DNA of 48,060 bases from Veleropilina oligotropha (GCA_048128005.1 JBEUKZ010000093.1:558001-606060), one strand, 5' to 3'; positions 11,451 to 23,132 are shown, numbered from the stretch's first letter. Numbers and translations are program-made. The notes: generated by a model from the letters alone, not told the origin.

Positions 11451-13809
11451 AGAAATGGCTGTTTCACACATTTCATGTTGACTTTTAACTTTGAGCTGTT
11501 CTCCAATTAACAGAGATGTCGGATTGATAAAGTAAAGGTGCTAATCTAATTAGCATACAAAAATACCAGTTTGTGAAAAACAAATAAGTGCTTGAAATTA
11601 ATCCTATCGGCCGCATTGATATCTTCTGGAGGCCTACAGATGCGATGTTTACGTTGGGCTAATGCCGTTATAATGTAATTAACAACTTGGACCAACCTCT
11701 CCATTGTTTGTTAACTACACAAACATCTTTGTTTTACTTTATTTTTTAACAAATAAACGATTTGCGATGATTTCAGCATACTTGCATGACAATAATCCAC
11801 GGTCACACAATGAACTATCCTAATGACCTTTCACCCGATATGATTCATGGAGGCAGACAAAAACATGCGACACTGCATAAAACAACAACAACACCTTCGT
11901 TACAACAACAACGAAAGTAATACATAGCATTAATTCTGAACTTTTCCAGGTTTGTTGCAAATAAATGTTTATTGAGACAGTAAATTACAATACACCTGTA
12001 AACTGTATTTTCGCATTGTAATTTGCATGAAAATTGCATGTGACCTATGATAATTAGGATGTCTGTGAATGCGACTTTGTCAATCAGGAAAAATTCCAAA
12101 TCCAACAAGAATATTTTTTGTCAAGATATCATCAAATAGTTTATTTTATACCAACATGCCGAAAAAAATGTCTTGTTATTAACCGAAAAGAACTACTTTG
12201 CTATCTTATTAACAGACATATTTTATACATGAAATGATGAATAATAGTAAACGGTTCTGTGTTTGACAATGTTATGCTAATAAGCAAAATATCTTAATAA
12301 CAGATACCGGTATCTTATTAAGTGGAATTGTCTTTTCGTGTACCGTTTTCGCTTAATTATATGTTTGCTATACCGATTAGTTTATATACTGTGGCTCCTA
12401 AATTTCAAAAGTGGCGAAAGAAAATTGAAAGTGGCGAAACTTTTTCAGAACCCAGGCCCATCCCTGTATACCTCTACATAAATTGTTTAGATAGAACGTG
12501 ATCGAGCATGAAGATTATTGTCAAAATATTCATTTGATACGCCATTTACCACAAGCACTCAGCATTCTTTTGTTGATACATTAAAGCGTGCTTTTGTGTT
12601 GATAGCTGTCGCGCAGTAATTTCGGGAACTACTTACGGAAGTATACGTGAGTGTTTTCCGACTTACATATCTCTTTATATTGCGTTACAAAATAATCTCG
12701 CACCGGGTATTTATTTTTCTACTATTTAATACGAAGATAATTTTCGAATCAACATTGTGATCTATTTGATGTAGGCCCGTAGTTCACAAAGAATTAGATG
12801 TCAATAGAGCTAATAAAGCAAATTAATTGGGAATAACTGCTATGAAAATGTCTATTGTTTAATTACTTGCGAGAATGGCTGTTTCATCAAGAGTTTCAGT
12901 AGAGTTGCCAAATAATAGGGATTAGCACAACTGACATGCTCTGAGCTCGAGTGATTTAATACAAGTTTGTGATTATCGGCAAAGTACATAGCTATTAGGC
13001 CTAACCGCAAAGGTAATCTGGATTGTCGGCAAGAACTTTTAAAAATATAAGAGGATGAATGATAATCAGCTTTTTTAGGTGTAATTTTTTTAAGACAACA
13101 TATGTTACTATGCTGATCAAGTAATTAAGGCTGTGCATATTGTACTTGACTGAAGAAATATAATAAGAATTGTAAATATTTAAGGTTGTATTATATAATT
13201 AGTTTATGGTGTTTAATATATATATTTAATTATAATATTTATTGGTATTGTTTTGATTGCATAAATAAAATATTTCATTTCTATGAATGCCTTTTTATTC
13301 AAATAATTTCAAATATATGATGAAATCGACGATAAAATGCTTCGATAAAAATACTTCTGGAATCTTCTGGAATATTGACCCCAACCTCCTGGAATGGTAT
13401 TTTGGGTTTATCACATGTATGCAACTCATCCAGTGTTTTTGATGGTGGATGAGTTGACTGTCTCCCTGGTAGATACCCCAACATGAAGTTGGGTCATTGA
13501 AATGGCGACTTCCTGATGTAGATCTCAAACATCATGGCCCTCAATGGCGTTACACTTAATTTAAATTAAGGTCTCATTTCAAAGTAACCACGAACCATAA
13601 AAAGCGGTGCGAAATTGGGTTGGGTAGTTTGCAGTTTTAGGGTCCCCAAGGTACTTTTCGTTCATATACCCATGATAAATATCCAATTTGGACATGATTT
13701 ATGGACATTACCTTACAATATGGGCATTAGGGTTTAGGAGTATATTCTATGGGCATTAGGGTCAGTGTATTGGTAAGCAGGGTTAGCTAACCCTGTACTG
13801 GGGACCCTT

Positions 13810-14110
13810 TACTCCAACATCGTTAGAGCCTGCTATAATTCCTAATCAGACTCTAACGGCTGAGCTAAAATTTCTCACCGCAGAATATTCTAATGTTGAA
13901 AATCACGGCCCATGGCGAAAAATACTAAATTTCAATAAAGAAACTACAGTTTATCACTTACTACTCCAACAACGTTAGAGCCTGCTATAGTTCCTATATC
14001 AGACTCTAACGGCTGAGCAAAAATTTCTCACCGCAGACTAATCTAAAGGTGAAAATCACGTCCCGTGGCCAAAAAAACTAAATTTCAATAAACTACAGTC
14101 TATCACTTAC
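13810..14110. repeat. Direct tandem duplication of ~150 bp
   Basis: TACTCCAAC...GTTAGAGCCTGCTATA...ACTACAGT..ATCACTTA occurs at about 13810 and 13962. Confidence 0.85.
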
Positions 14111-14423
14111 TTGCATCGGTATATGTTTCTTTATACCAAATTTCATCACATGCTGCCCCAATTTTGTTACCTTAACACCGAAAAGCTACTTTGGAACACA
14201 AAACGGACGGATTTTAACTTTCACAATGTAAACAGCAGATGGTCGCTATTTTGGGACGTTAGCGTTACGTTTCCATTAAATCCACCAATCAAAATCATTT
14301 AGCCTATTCTTCGTATAGAGGGCGCGACCGAGGAGGAAAATACTGTCAACAAGTTTGACGGTTAAACATTGACAAATAATGCTGTTTTATCATACATTAT
14401 GACAACAAAATCAATAAAAACTA

Positions 14424-15124
14424 CCGTATTTATTCCATATATCGCGCCACTTCCAAATATAGCGCCCCCAACTTTTTCAATTTGGCTTTTTCACCGATAT
14501 TTTCCTACCGTCGTCGGCATGTCCAGCACTTAGTAAATATAACGATCGTGTTGTTGTTTACGGATACAGTCGGTGAACGAGACGAGAGTTTCTGCAACAG
14601 ACATGACGGAAACTATCGACATGTGCCGATGCTACTCGACCGATGTTGTCGGAGAATCGGTTTGACAATGTGCGTGTACGAGGTCGCATCGCATGTAAGA
14701 GGCTGTCACGTTAATAAATCTGCGTGGATTCTATATATTGGACAGAAATTGGACACAGGTATCGAAAATAACAATGATTTCGATAAATACGCAGTAGCGA
14801 TAAAATTAGACAACGAAATGTTGAGACATGTTCCGAGAGAAATAAATAAACTTGTCCATTTGTCTCTGAAACATGGCGGAAAAGTTGTTTGCAACGTAAC
14901 CACTGATGATCGAGTTGGCCTACTATACACATTCGCCGATAGCTGGAGGATTGGAAATTGAATATTATATTCGATTTACTGGTGTAAAACTATTGGTGGA
15001 CAGACTTAATGTCTATTTCAAGAAAAGTAGTAAGAAATTATAACATAATATTATGGCCCTATTTATGGCGCCCCCCTTCAAAATAAAAGTTACGCGCCCG
15101 GCGCGATATATGGAATAAATACGG
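14424..15124. mobile_element. 701-bp non-autonomous TIR element with TA TSD (Tc1/mariner-pogo-like ends)
   Basis: Perfect 25-bp TIR CCGTATTTATTCCATATATCGCGCC, TA on both sides, empty paralogous site at ~15530. Confidence 0.9.
14668..15030 (+). pseudogene. HIRAN-domain protein remnant inside the TA element
   Basis: ASHVRGCHVNKSAW..IGQKL...ENNNDFDKYAVAI...HVPREI...GG.V.C.VT, then in a shifted frame GGLEIEYYIRFTG..LVDRL; matches the stand-alone HIRAN pattern. Confidence 0.7.
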
Positions 15125-15845
15125 TAACAGGTATGTGTATATTCATGCATATTTATACAATTTATGTATTTACTGTTTGTTTCACTGTATTTTTAATAAG
15201 TAATTTGATCCAAAACCGTTCCCGACGGATTTCGTCGGGAACCTGCTCGTCATAAATGGTGCTTGGGATATATGAGTTAGGGTTGGGAAGGCACGTCAAC
15301 CCGGTCTCATGTTATAGGAGTAATCACTTACTTGCATTGGTATATGTTCCTTTATACCAAATAACACCGATAATCTACGTTGGAACACAAAACAGACGGT
15401 TTTAACTTTTACAATGTAAACAAAAGACGGTCGCCATTTTGTGACGTTAGCATTTCGTTCGATGGTTAAACATTGACAAATAATGCGTTTTATCATACAT
15501 TATCATTATGACAACAAAAGCACTAAAAACTAACAGGTATGTATATATTCATGCATATTTATACAATTTAAGTATTTACTGTTTGTTTCACTGTATTTTT
15601 AATTAGTAATTTGCTCCAAAACCGTTCCCAACGAAATCCGTCGGGAACCTGATCGTCATAAAAGGTGCTTTGGATATATGAGGTAGGGTATGAAAGGCAC
15701 GTCAACCCGGTCTCATATGTTATAGGAGTAGGGACCCTTAAACAGCAAGTGCCCCGCGTCCCCGGTGAGAACAAAAAAAAAGCAAGTGCCCCGCGAAATT
15801 ACCAACAATGAATCAGACGCTATTTAACAAAATATATTGCAACGT

Positions 15846-16415
15846 ATGATCTCCCATGTTGTTTAAAATATTGTCATGTAAATATGTTTGCCGATGATAC
15901 CGCTATATTTCTATCTGACAAAACCATTGAAAACATCTTACAAATTGTCAGCCGATTTGGATGCCTTAAGATTATGGTTAGCAGCAAATAAGCTTAGCCT
16001 ATATATTATCAAGACCAATATACTAATCATTGGAACGAAACAGAAACTAACTCAACATAATCTAGAAAATTTGAACATCAGCATCATGGGTTTCACAGTT
16101 GTCAGAGAAACGAAAGTGAAATACCTCGGCGTAACTGTGGACGAAAATCTAAGCTGGAACTCGCACATTGATAACATATCTAAGACACTTTGAAGGCAAA
16201 TTGGGATCCTCTACAGAGTTGGTAAACTGTTGTCAGTTTGGGCCAAAATCACGCTTTACAACACACTTGTGCTCCTCACTTTAACTATTGTTCGTCAATA
16301 TGGGATAACACGTCCAAAAAAACATCAAAACAATCCAAAACCGAGGCATGCGTATTATCTTACGATGTGACTATCGTACCTCTATTTCTGACATGCTTCT
16401 TAAATTAGGATAGCA
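15846..16415 (+). pseudogene. LINE (CR1/L2 clade) reverse transcriptase C-terminal fragment
   Basis: DLP..NMFADDT, WLAANKLSL..KT, KYLGVTVDENLSWNSHI, FNYCSSIW, IQNRGMRIIL; several frameshifts; cut off at ~16415. Confidence 0.9.
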
Positions 16416-16458
16416 GCAGGGGGGGTGAGCGGACTTTATAGAATGGGAAAAGAAGGCT

Positions 16459-16605
16459 CCCAGCGCCATCCGAAACTAGGGTAGCTTAGAATAGTCTATT
16501 TGGGCGCCGGAGGCCACCCCCACGCCCATTTGAACAGAGCTGGTAGTAAGAGCCCCCAGCGCCGTCCGAAACTAGGGTAGCTTAGAATAGTCTATTTGGG
16601 CCCGG
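16459..16605. repeat. ~46-bp direct repeat near the presumed element end
   Basis: CCCAGCGCCRTCCGAAACTAGGGTAGCTTAGAATAGTCTATTTGGGC occurs twice. Confidence 0.85.
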
Positions 16606-17081
16606 CTCCTAATAATAGCTGTAACGTTATACCAGGAAGTAAATAAAACTCAGGGCGAGCCTATTGTTTGTGGGGTCGACTAACTGGGTCACATCAAGGG
16701 GATTCCCCCGATTGAAAGACATTGCCTAGTGAATGGATAAAATTATTTACTTCCTGGTTATAAGGTTGCCATAACCAGGGAGAGTTGACTGGACTTAATG
16801 ATTCGGGTTAAGTGGCCCCCTCCACAATATGTCGATAGTGGTGTAGGTTTCATTTTAATCAACGTAGTCTACGTTGAAAGTTGTCGTGATTTAATATTCA
16901 CGACATAACTGACGAGACACCTCCTCTAAGCCTGACATGGGCACCGGACTATATAAGAACTGTGTTGCTTTAGTATTTATGAGATCTGGTCCACGATGCA
17001 TATGCCATAACAACCTCCTCAGCATGCTTTCGAGTTTCGCGTTTCGAATTCTGAGGAGGCTGGCCGCGTGGCAGAAAATGC

Positions 17082-17722
17082 CAAGAGAGGGTCGTGAAGA
17101 GGGTGGCGCCACAGGCCCCGGGGCCGAGAAGAGGGTGGCCGAGACAGGCCCCGTGCTTCTGATCAGGATGAAAAGGCAACTGATTGCACCCCAGGCTACG
17201 GCTGAAATACAAGGGGGCTTCAAAATAAGGCAACACTTGAAACTGATTGCACCCCAGGCTACGGCTGAAATACTAGGGGTCTTCAAAATATGGCAACACT
17301 TGATTGAAGGAGGGCCAAGAGAGGGTCGTGAAGAGGGTGGCCGAGAGAGGCCCCGGGGCCAAGAGAGGGTCGTGAAGAGGGTGGCCGAGAGAGGCCCCGG
17401 GGCCGAGAGAGGGTCGTGAAGAGGGTGGCCGAGAGAGGCCCCGGGGCCGAGAGGGTCGAGAAGAGGGTGGAGAAGAGGGTGGTCGAGAGAGCGGGGCCGA
17501 GAGAGCGTCGAGAAGAGGGTGGCCGAGGAGGGTGGCCGAGAGAGGCCCTGGGGGCGAGAGAGGGTCGAGAAGAGGGTGGCCGAGAGGATCGAGAAGAGGG
17601 TGGCCGAGAGAGGCCCCGGGGCCGAGAGAGGGTCGAGAAGAGGGTGGCCGAGAGAGGGTCGAGAAGAGGGTGGCCCCGGGGCCGAGAGAGGGTCGTGAAG
17701 AGGGTGGCCGAGAGAGGCCCGG
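17082..17722. repeat. Purine-rich GC tandem array (~42-bp GAGAGAGGGTCGTGAAGAGGGTGGCCGAGAGAGGCCCCGGGGCC and subunits) with an embedded ~63-bp duplication at 17178-17302
   Basis: Directly visible. Confidence 0.9.
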
Positions 17723-17755
17723 AAAATATGTTTGAGGGCGAGGAATACCCAGCCG

Positions 17756-18150
17756 TTAGATAAATATGTAATTCCCGCTGGCTAGCGTGCAGTTGCATGG
17801 CGAGAGGTGTCCTATCTGACTCCACGCACCCCTGCATCCGGTAGATAACATTGAGAAGTAATGCCCATTTTTACCACGACATAGTGACGGCTCAGCGCAT
17901 TCTATGCAAACAACAGTATTTGGGTCGGGGCCACAGTCATTCTCTCCATCGGTAATAAAGTAGTGGCACGAGGGTGCCCGAACTGGAGGTGGGTCTCGTA
18001 GCAAGTTTCTCCGCAAGGGGTCAAATCTGATGTTGTACCTGGGGTGGGTCCGGTACATGGCCCACGTGTGTTCGAGTACGAGTGCTGTGTTGTGTGTCGA
18101 CGCGCCCTGGGGGGTGGCACCGCGGCAATACACAGTAGCATGGAGTTCAT
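17756..18150 (-). CDS. Small Cys-rich orphan protein of the virus-like block (probably one frameshift near the 5' C-run)
   Basis: TATTAAA about 35 bp upstream and GCCATG at 18150; downstream frame has CHY, CxxC, CxC motifs. Confidence 0.35.
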
Positions 18151-18238
18151 GGCTGTCCAGATATCACTGTCTGAGTTCGAGCTTTAATACGGGGGAGGGG
18201 GGGGGCCGGGAAGTCGTGGCTACGATCTACCTGAATGG

Positions 18239-18885
18239 TTAGTTGCCAACTGCTCCGAGTTTTTTCGGCAATTCTGCGCGTCCCTCTTTACGACCTCGCT
18301 CAATTAGCTCGCTTTGGGTCTGTGAAACCGCGGTGTGCGCCTTTAGACTTTTGAGGCGAACCGTGGCCTTCATTGTCCGATATTTGGCCATCTCGTCTGT
18401 GACCAGTTTGAACTCATCATCAGACATCTCCCCGTCCGATAAGGCCTTTGAGACGTGGTCACTGATAGTGTTCAGCTTGCTTTCGGCCAGTGCTCGAATC
18501 TCGTTGTGCTTCTTAGCCTTCACTTGGAGGCGGCGGCTGATGTATTTTCCACCCATACTCGCGAGACCACACCCCAACGCCGCTAATTCCAGCACCAGTA
18601 CCACAGGTGCCGCAACGATTTTGTGGACAGTAGACCGATGCCGGCGCTACCCATACCAAGGGTAGCAACGACAAGGGCCGAATCTATCCCGTCAACGGCG
18701 TTCACGCCTCTTCGGTACTTCTTGTACAGGGCAGCCCGTGTGTCCCTCTCTCGTTCTAGCTGTCCCTGAAGCTCATTCACTTTCTGTAGTCGGAAAGACT
18801 GTGCCTCCGGCAGTTCCGAAAGAACATCGCCAGGCCTACCACCAAGTTGTGGGTACAGCGTTGGCGCTGAGGGTGTGTTGTCCAT
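18239..18885 (-). pseudogene. ~215-aa coiled-coil / hydrophobic hairpin / coiled-coil protein, one frameshift at ~18620
   Basis: ORFs 18583-18885 and 18239-18604 join as ...GIGLLST(I)IVAAPVVLVLELAALGCGL...KAKKHNEI..LAESKLNTI with one added base. Confidence 0.75.
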
Positions 18886-19238
18886 TATTCGTGGCTGTAT
18901 TGTTCAGCCTGTTGATTCCGAATGTTTATCGTAACGTTCAAATAAAGGGTGTTCACCCAGGGGGCCTTGATGGCAAAGGCGAGGGTCAACTTGTCCGAGT
19001 CCAGGCCAAGTTTATTTATGGCGCATGCCTTGGGGCTGCCCCCGGCCGGCTGGACCGGCATCATGTGGATCATTAGAAGGGCTGGGTTCAACCCAAACCG
19101 ACCTCCAGCGTTTGGGATCATAAACTCCCTCCTCGCCAGCCCCTTCTTGGGCGCTTCCCCACAACTAAGAACAAAGTGCCACTGGGTAGCTGAAGGCTCT
19201 TCTGCGAGAAGGGGGGTCCCATAGATGCTGCTCATCAT
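18885..19238 (-). CDS. 117-aa orphan protein of the virus-like block
   Basis: Fills the gap exactly: ATGA overlap with the upstream stop and TAATG overlap with the downstream start. Confidence 0.6.
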   Translation of the reverse strand: MMSSIYGTPLLAEEPSATQWHFVLSCGEAPKKGLARREFMIPNAGGRFGLNPALLMIHMMPVQPAGGSPKACAINKLGLDSDKLTLAFAIKAPWVNTLYLNVTINIRNQQAEQYSHE

Positions 19239-21317
19239 ACCTGGAGGACGGCGGATATTGGCATACCGTGATTGTCGAGCGGGTTACCATCTGAGTCTGT
19301 GACGTACACCTTCAATTCTGTGAGTAGCCCGGCCTGCAGTCGCCGGAAGTCTGGATACCTATGATAGTGGGCAGCTTCACCGAACATCTGCGACGTTATG
19401 GGGACCACAGCGAGAATATTGCTAGGGGCGCCGTCCTTCACATTGTGTGTTGTACTGAGCTGCTCCAGATGAACGTGTAGGGTCGCTGCAATGGCAAACC
19501 CGACAGGCTTCAGGGGTCGACCTTTACGGTAATCCGGTAGCCTCGGATTACCGAATTTCAAATCGGATTACCACAATGCGCCAGTCGGTAATCCGATTGG
19601 GTACTACATATTTAGGAGCGAGCCCAAAGTCCTTCCCCGTTGTCCACTTGAAACAACACTCTAATTACCTTCCAATTTCTACTCGCCTGTCAACAAAACA
19701 AAAGGTCTCTGAGCGTCGGCAACCTGGCTCAGCAGACCGTGTATAAACAATAGCCAGAGTGCGTGAACAAGTTAATTGCTTTTCCGTACGTGGCGGTGCC
19801 GACAGCTTCTAATTAAGCGTTGACCTGTAAACCGCAAAGTGCATGCATTGTTCTTTGTATTATTTCATTCACACCCCAGCACATCCCAAATCCCCTTTGA
19901 ATAAAATAGGAAGCCTAATTAAGCTTCATTACCTTGTGTCCTTTATTCGACAGTAAAATATATATTGTTGTCTGACTGATCAACGCGACCGCCATTGGCA
20001 TCCACTGTTGTTACAGCCCAGATTCCAAACTTGTCGAAGTCGAAGTTAATTTGGGCACTGCTCAATTCAAATCAAGCTCTGCCTAACTTTCCAAGTTAGG
20101 GCAAGTGAACTCCCGCTTGAAGCTGTGCCCAAATTGACTTGCTTTGCACAACTTTCCATGTTTGACCAAAGTAACTTTGGCAAGGAGCCTCGTTTTCAAA
20201 TTTCCTTCTTATTCCATACCAATACTGCCCAAGTAGTCCGTGGCTCAAGTTAAGTTCAAGACCAAGCCTCGTTCTCGAATTTACTTTTTATTTCTAATTT
20301 TTTCCACTAAAATATACTCGAGTAGCTATTATTTTTTATCTTTATTAATGTAAATACTTAAATAAATGCTTATTTAAGCAATAATTATATTTTATATAAT
20401 ATTATTACTGTAATATAGTTGTGACTAAAATTAATATGACAATTTTACACATCTTATAATATTAATAATATCTATGTTGATATGAAAAGTTAAAATATTG
20501 AGTAGGCCTAGGGTATTTTTATTATAAAACTTATATTGTTGTCGGACTATATGTATACATAAGAGACCTTGTGTACTTATATTAATATTTCTTTTCCATA
20601 CAATTATTTTTATGTTTAGCTAATAATTATATAAAAATAAATAACATTAAAATTATAAAATCGACAATAATAAAAATCGACGAAAATACTTAAGGAATCT
20701 TCGGCGATAATTACCCCAACCTCCTGGAATGCTATTTTGGGTTTACCACATGTATATGATTATAGTAATTTTTTTGTTATTGTGATGTAAAAACATTTAA
20801 AATTCATTATTGTATTTAAATTACGGGATACCAGTTATTTTTGCGGGATACCAGACTTGCAATTCTGGTATCCCTGCTGGGTACCACAAATTTTAGGGAA
20901 GATCTACCCCTGGGCTTGTTCCCGTCATAAGTCCCGGGGCGTAGCCATTTCAGCGACCCGACAGGCTTGTTCCCGTCATAAGTCATAAGTAGCCACCCTG
21001 AAAGGTTGAAGCCGAGGAGCTTCCGTATATCGTCGCTTATCGCGAGTCGAGTCCCCTCTGGGACAACGAGTTGCACGAGTCCGGTAGCACGGCTTACCTC
21101 GAGCCGCATGTTAGCTAGGGACCTCTTCATAGGCCTCGCGAGGGAATCGAAGCTGTAGAACCCTGGTGCCACCTCCACCGTGGTATTGGGGGTCTTAAAG
21201 AAGGCTCCAGTAGTCGAGCGAGCGCAGGCCGACGCATAGCTTGCCTTCCCGGTTATCTATCGGTTGCAGGAGGGCAACCGCGGTCCCCTCTTGAACACTC
21301 GTTACTGTGTGGAACAT
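19235..21317 (-). pseudogene. Penton-like minor capsid protein (single jelly-roll), split by a DNA transposon, with an indel near 21200
   Basis: MFHTVT..LLQPIDN...VGLRSLDY / VEVAPGFYSFDSL...IRKLLGF / KPVGFAIAATLHVHLEQL...SNILAVVP...PDFRRL...ELKVYVTDSDGNPLDNHGMPISAVLQV follows the Polinton minor-capsid pattern. Confidence 0.7.
19511..20912. mobile_element. Non-autonomous hAT-like DNA transposon, 1402 bp, 5-bp TSD
   Basis: TIRs CAGGGGTCGACCTT and AAGATCTACCCCTG; TSD GGCTT at 19506-19510 and 20913-20917; subterminal GGATTACC/GGATACC repeats. Confidence 0.88.
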
Positions 21318-21321
21318 AACT

Positions 21322-21936
21322 ATGGCTCTTAGCCCCTTTGCGTTTAATGGGAGTGCGGCCTATCCGACCGGTGTGGTGTACCGGGCCGGCAAAGATCCAA
21401 GATGAGCAGCTTACAAAACCAAGCGTCATTGTCTCCTCGTCTGAATCTCCGGCATTCGGGGCAGACTACCCCGTCTTCCAAAAATACCGCCTCCCTCACG
21501 TTGCGAGTGACCGGCTGCTCCAGGCTTGGGACAGCACGCCCATGCGGTTTTGGCAGAACAAGGTCAATTTCGCAGTCTGGTGTGCTACAACAGGTTCCGG
21601 GGTATCCGCAGAAGACCGCTTGGAGGCGACCGACCCCCTCTCCAGAGCAGTATTCACCTTCCACGTCTACTACCAGATCAGAAGGATCCTGTCCGAAATT
21701 CAGGCGCCGCTGCCACAAGACATGACATGGGATGCATTCGACACCCCGTATGACCGCAGGGCGTACGAGAAGATCTGCAGCGAATTTGGAGTGTCTCCAC
21801 ACACCGACTGGCGAGTCGAGGGTCCCAATAAAGGGCTCGGCACCGCTTTCAGCTACTGGACGAACAACGGCTACCACTCCATCGGACGTGCGTATGATCC
21901 CGGTCGAATGACCTTCACCAAAGGTACGACAAATAT
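21322..21936 (+). pseudogene. 5' part of a ~433-aa tail-anchored membrane protein of the virus-like block
   Basis: ATG 21322 (MALSPFAFN...), probable extra base at 21391-21393, then FWQNKVNFAVWCATTG...FHVYYQIRRIL...ICSEFGV...DWR; interrupted by the DIRS ITR. Confidence 0.75.
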
Positions 21937-22234
21937 CAGGTTTTTAATTAAACCTAATATTAGTTAAAACATACTTACGTCCTTACTCTTGCCATAATAG
22001 TCATATTATCGCCAACCGGAAACAGTGAATAAAGTCACATTTATGCACTCCTTTTAAGTCAAAACACTACGATTACCTCCCCTGCTCCACCTCTCCTAAG
22101 TTCCCCCAGCGAGATCTTGCCAAGTCTCGCGAGACATCCGAGCTATCAAAGTCACAAGACCTCAATTCAAAGTTCAGAACCCCCAAAGGAACTTAGTAGA
22201 GGGGAGGAATGCGAAACGCAGGGTGGGTAATCGC

Positions 22235-22325
22235 AGTAAGGACGTAAGTATGTTTTAACTAATATTAGGTTTAATTAAAAACCTCATATGTAGTTACAAA
22301 CATACTTACGTCCTTACTCTTGCCA
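22235..22325. other. DIRS copy 2 ICR
   Basis: Complementary to both element termini; junction CCTCATATGTAG. Confidence 0.9.
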
Positions 22326-23132
22326 GAATAACCTTGGATAGGTGGGTAAGAAGTTCCTTACAACAAACCCAAACAAGATAATGACTTACTTTTCACCATC
22401 TCAATCAGCATGAAGCGTCGATTGTGTCCGCCCAGAGTGGAATTTACTGAGTATTATATTCTACTCTTACCAAGCGAGAATTTCGACCAGTGTTACCGGG
22501 AGAATACGCCGTGGTGTTAGTCGGACGAGGTGAAGCGGAAGTGCACTCAGCCCCAGGCACGGCCGGAAGGATGGATCCTTGTAGGTCTTACGTGTCATGG
22601 ACCAGTGGCAGCCAAATGGTACTCCGGCCCATAGGCCGGTAGCCAGAGGAAGCAGTCGGATTTGTAGGCACACGGAACCTATAGTTAGGCTGTGAATACA
22701 TCAAATCTTAAGCAAAGAATTAATAGATTATTTATAAATAATCGATATTAATAAGTGATTCGCATGACCAACTTGCGAATAGCTAACATGAGTACAACAT
22801 GTTACTTAAAATAAATTTTAAGGAAGCAAATATTAAAAAAATTTCAATGTCTTGAACATCGTATGTTCTTTGTAACAGCCTAGAACATCAATAATATTGA
22901 ACCTCAAAATTCTATAAGACGTTTTTGCAATATAAATGTTTATTAAATTCAATGTGAACTGGCCTGTCAAAATAACTCAGGTATGACATGGAAGTATCAA
23001 AATCTTAAAATGTTTTTAAGAAATGAACATACATTGAATCGCCTCAGAATGTCTATTTCATAGAATAGCTAGGCATAACAATAACATTGCATCAGCACGA
23101 ATTATGTAAATTGATAAATCAAGAAACAATAC

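Larger units (their letters stand above)
3448..12466. mobile_element. Non-autonomous hAT-like DNA transposon (~1.7 kb without the nested DIRS), 6-bp TSD
   Basis: TIRs CAGGGATCGGCCTGG (3448) and CCAGGCCCATCCCTG (ending 12466). TSD TATACC at 3442-3447 and 12467-12472. Subterminal TGGCGA repeats. DIRS copy 1 is inserted inside. Confidence 0.8.
14102..15730. repeat. Diverged tandem duplication (~400-500 bp unit), first unit interrupted by the TA element
   Basis: 14102-14423 resembles 15323-15532; 15125-15322 resembles 15531-15730. Empty site AAAACTAACAGG is seen in the second unit. Confidence 0.75.

Noticed and set aside
16937..17837. Arg/Glu/Gly- and Pro/Ser-rich ORFs on both strands
   Set aside because: They arise from a stop-poor GC tandem array; no independent coding evidence.
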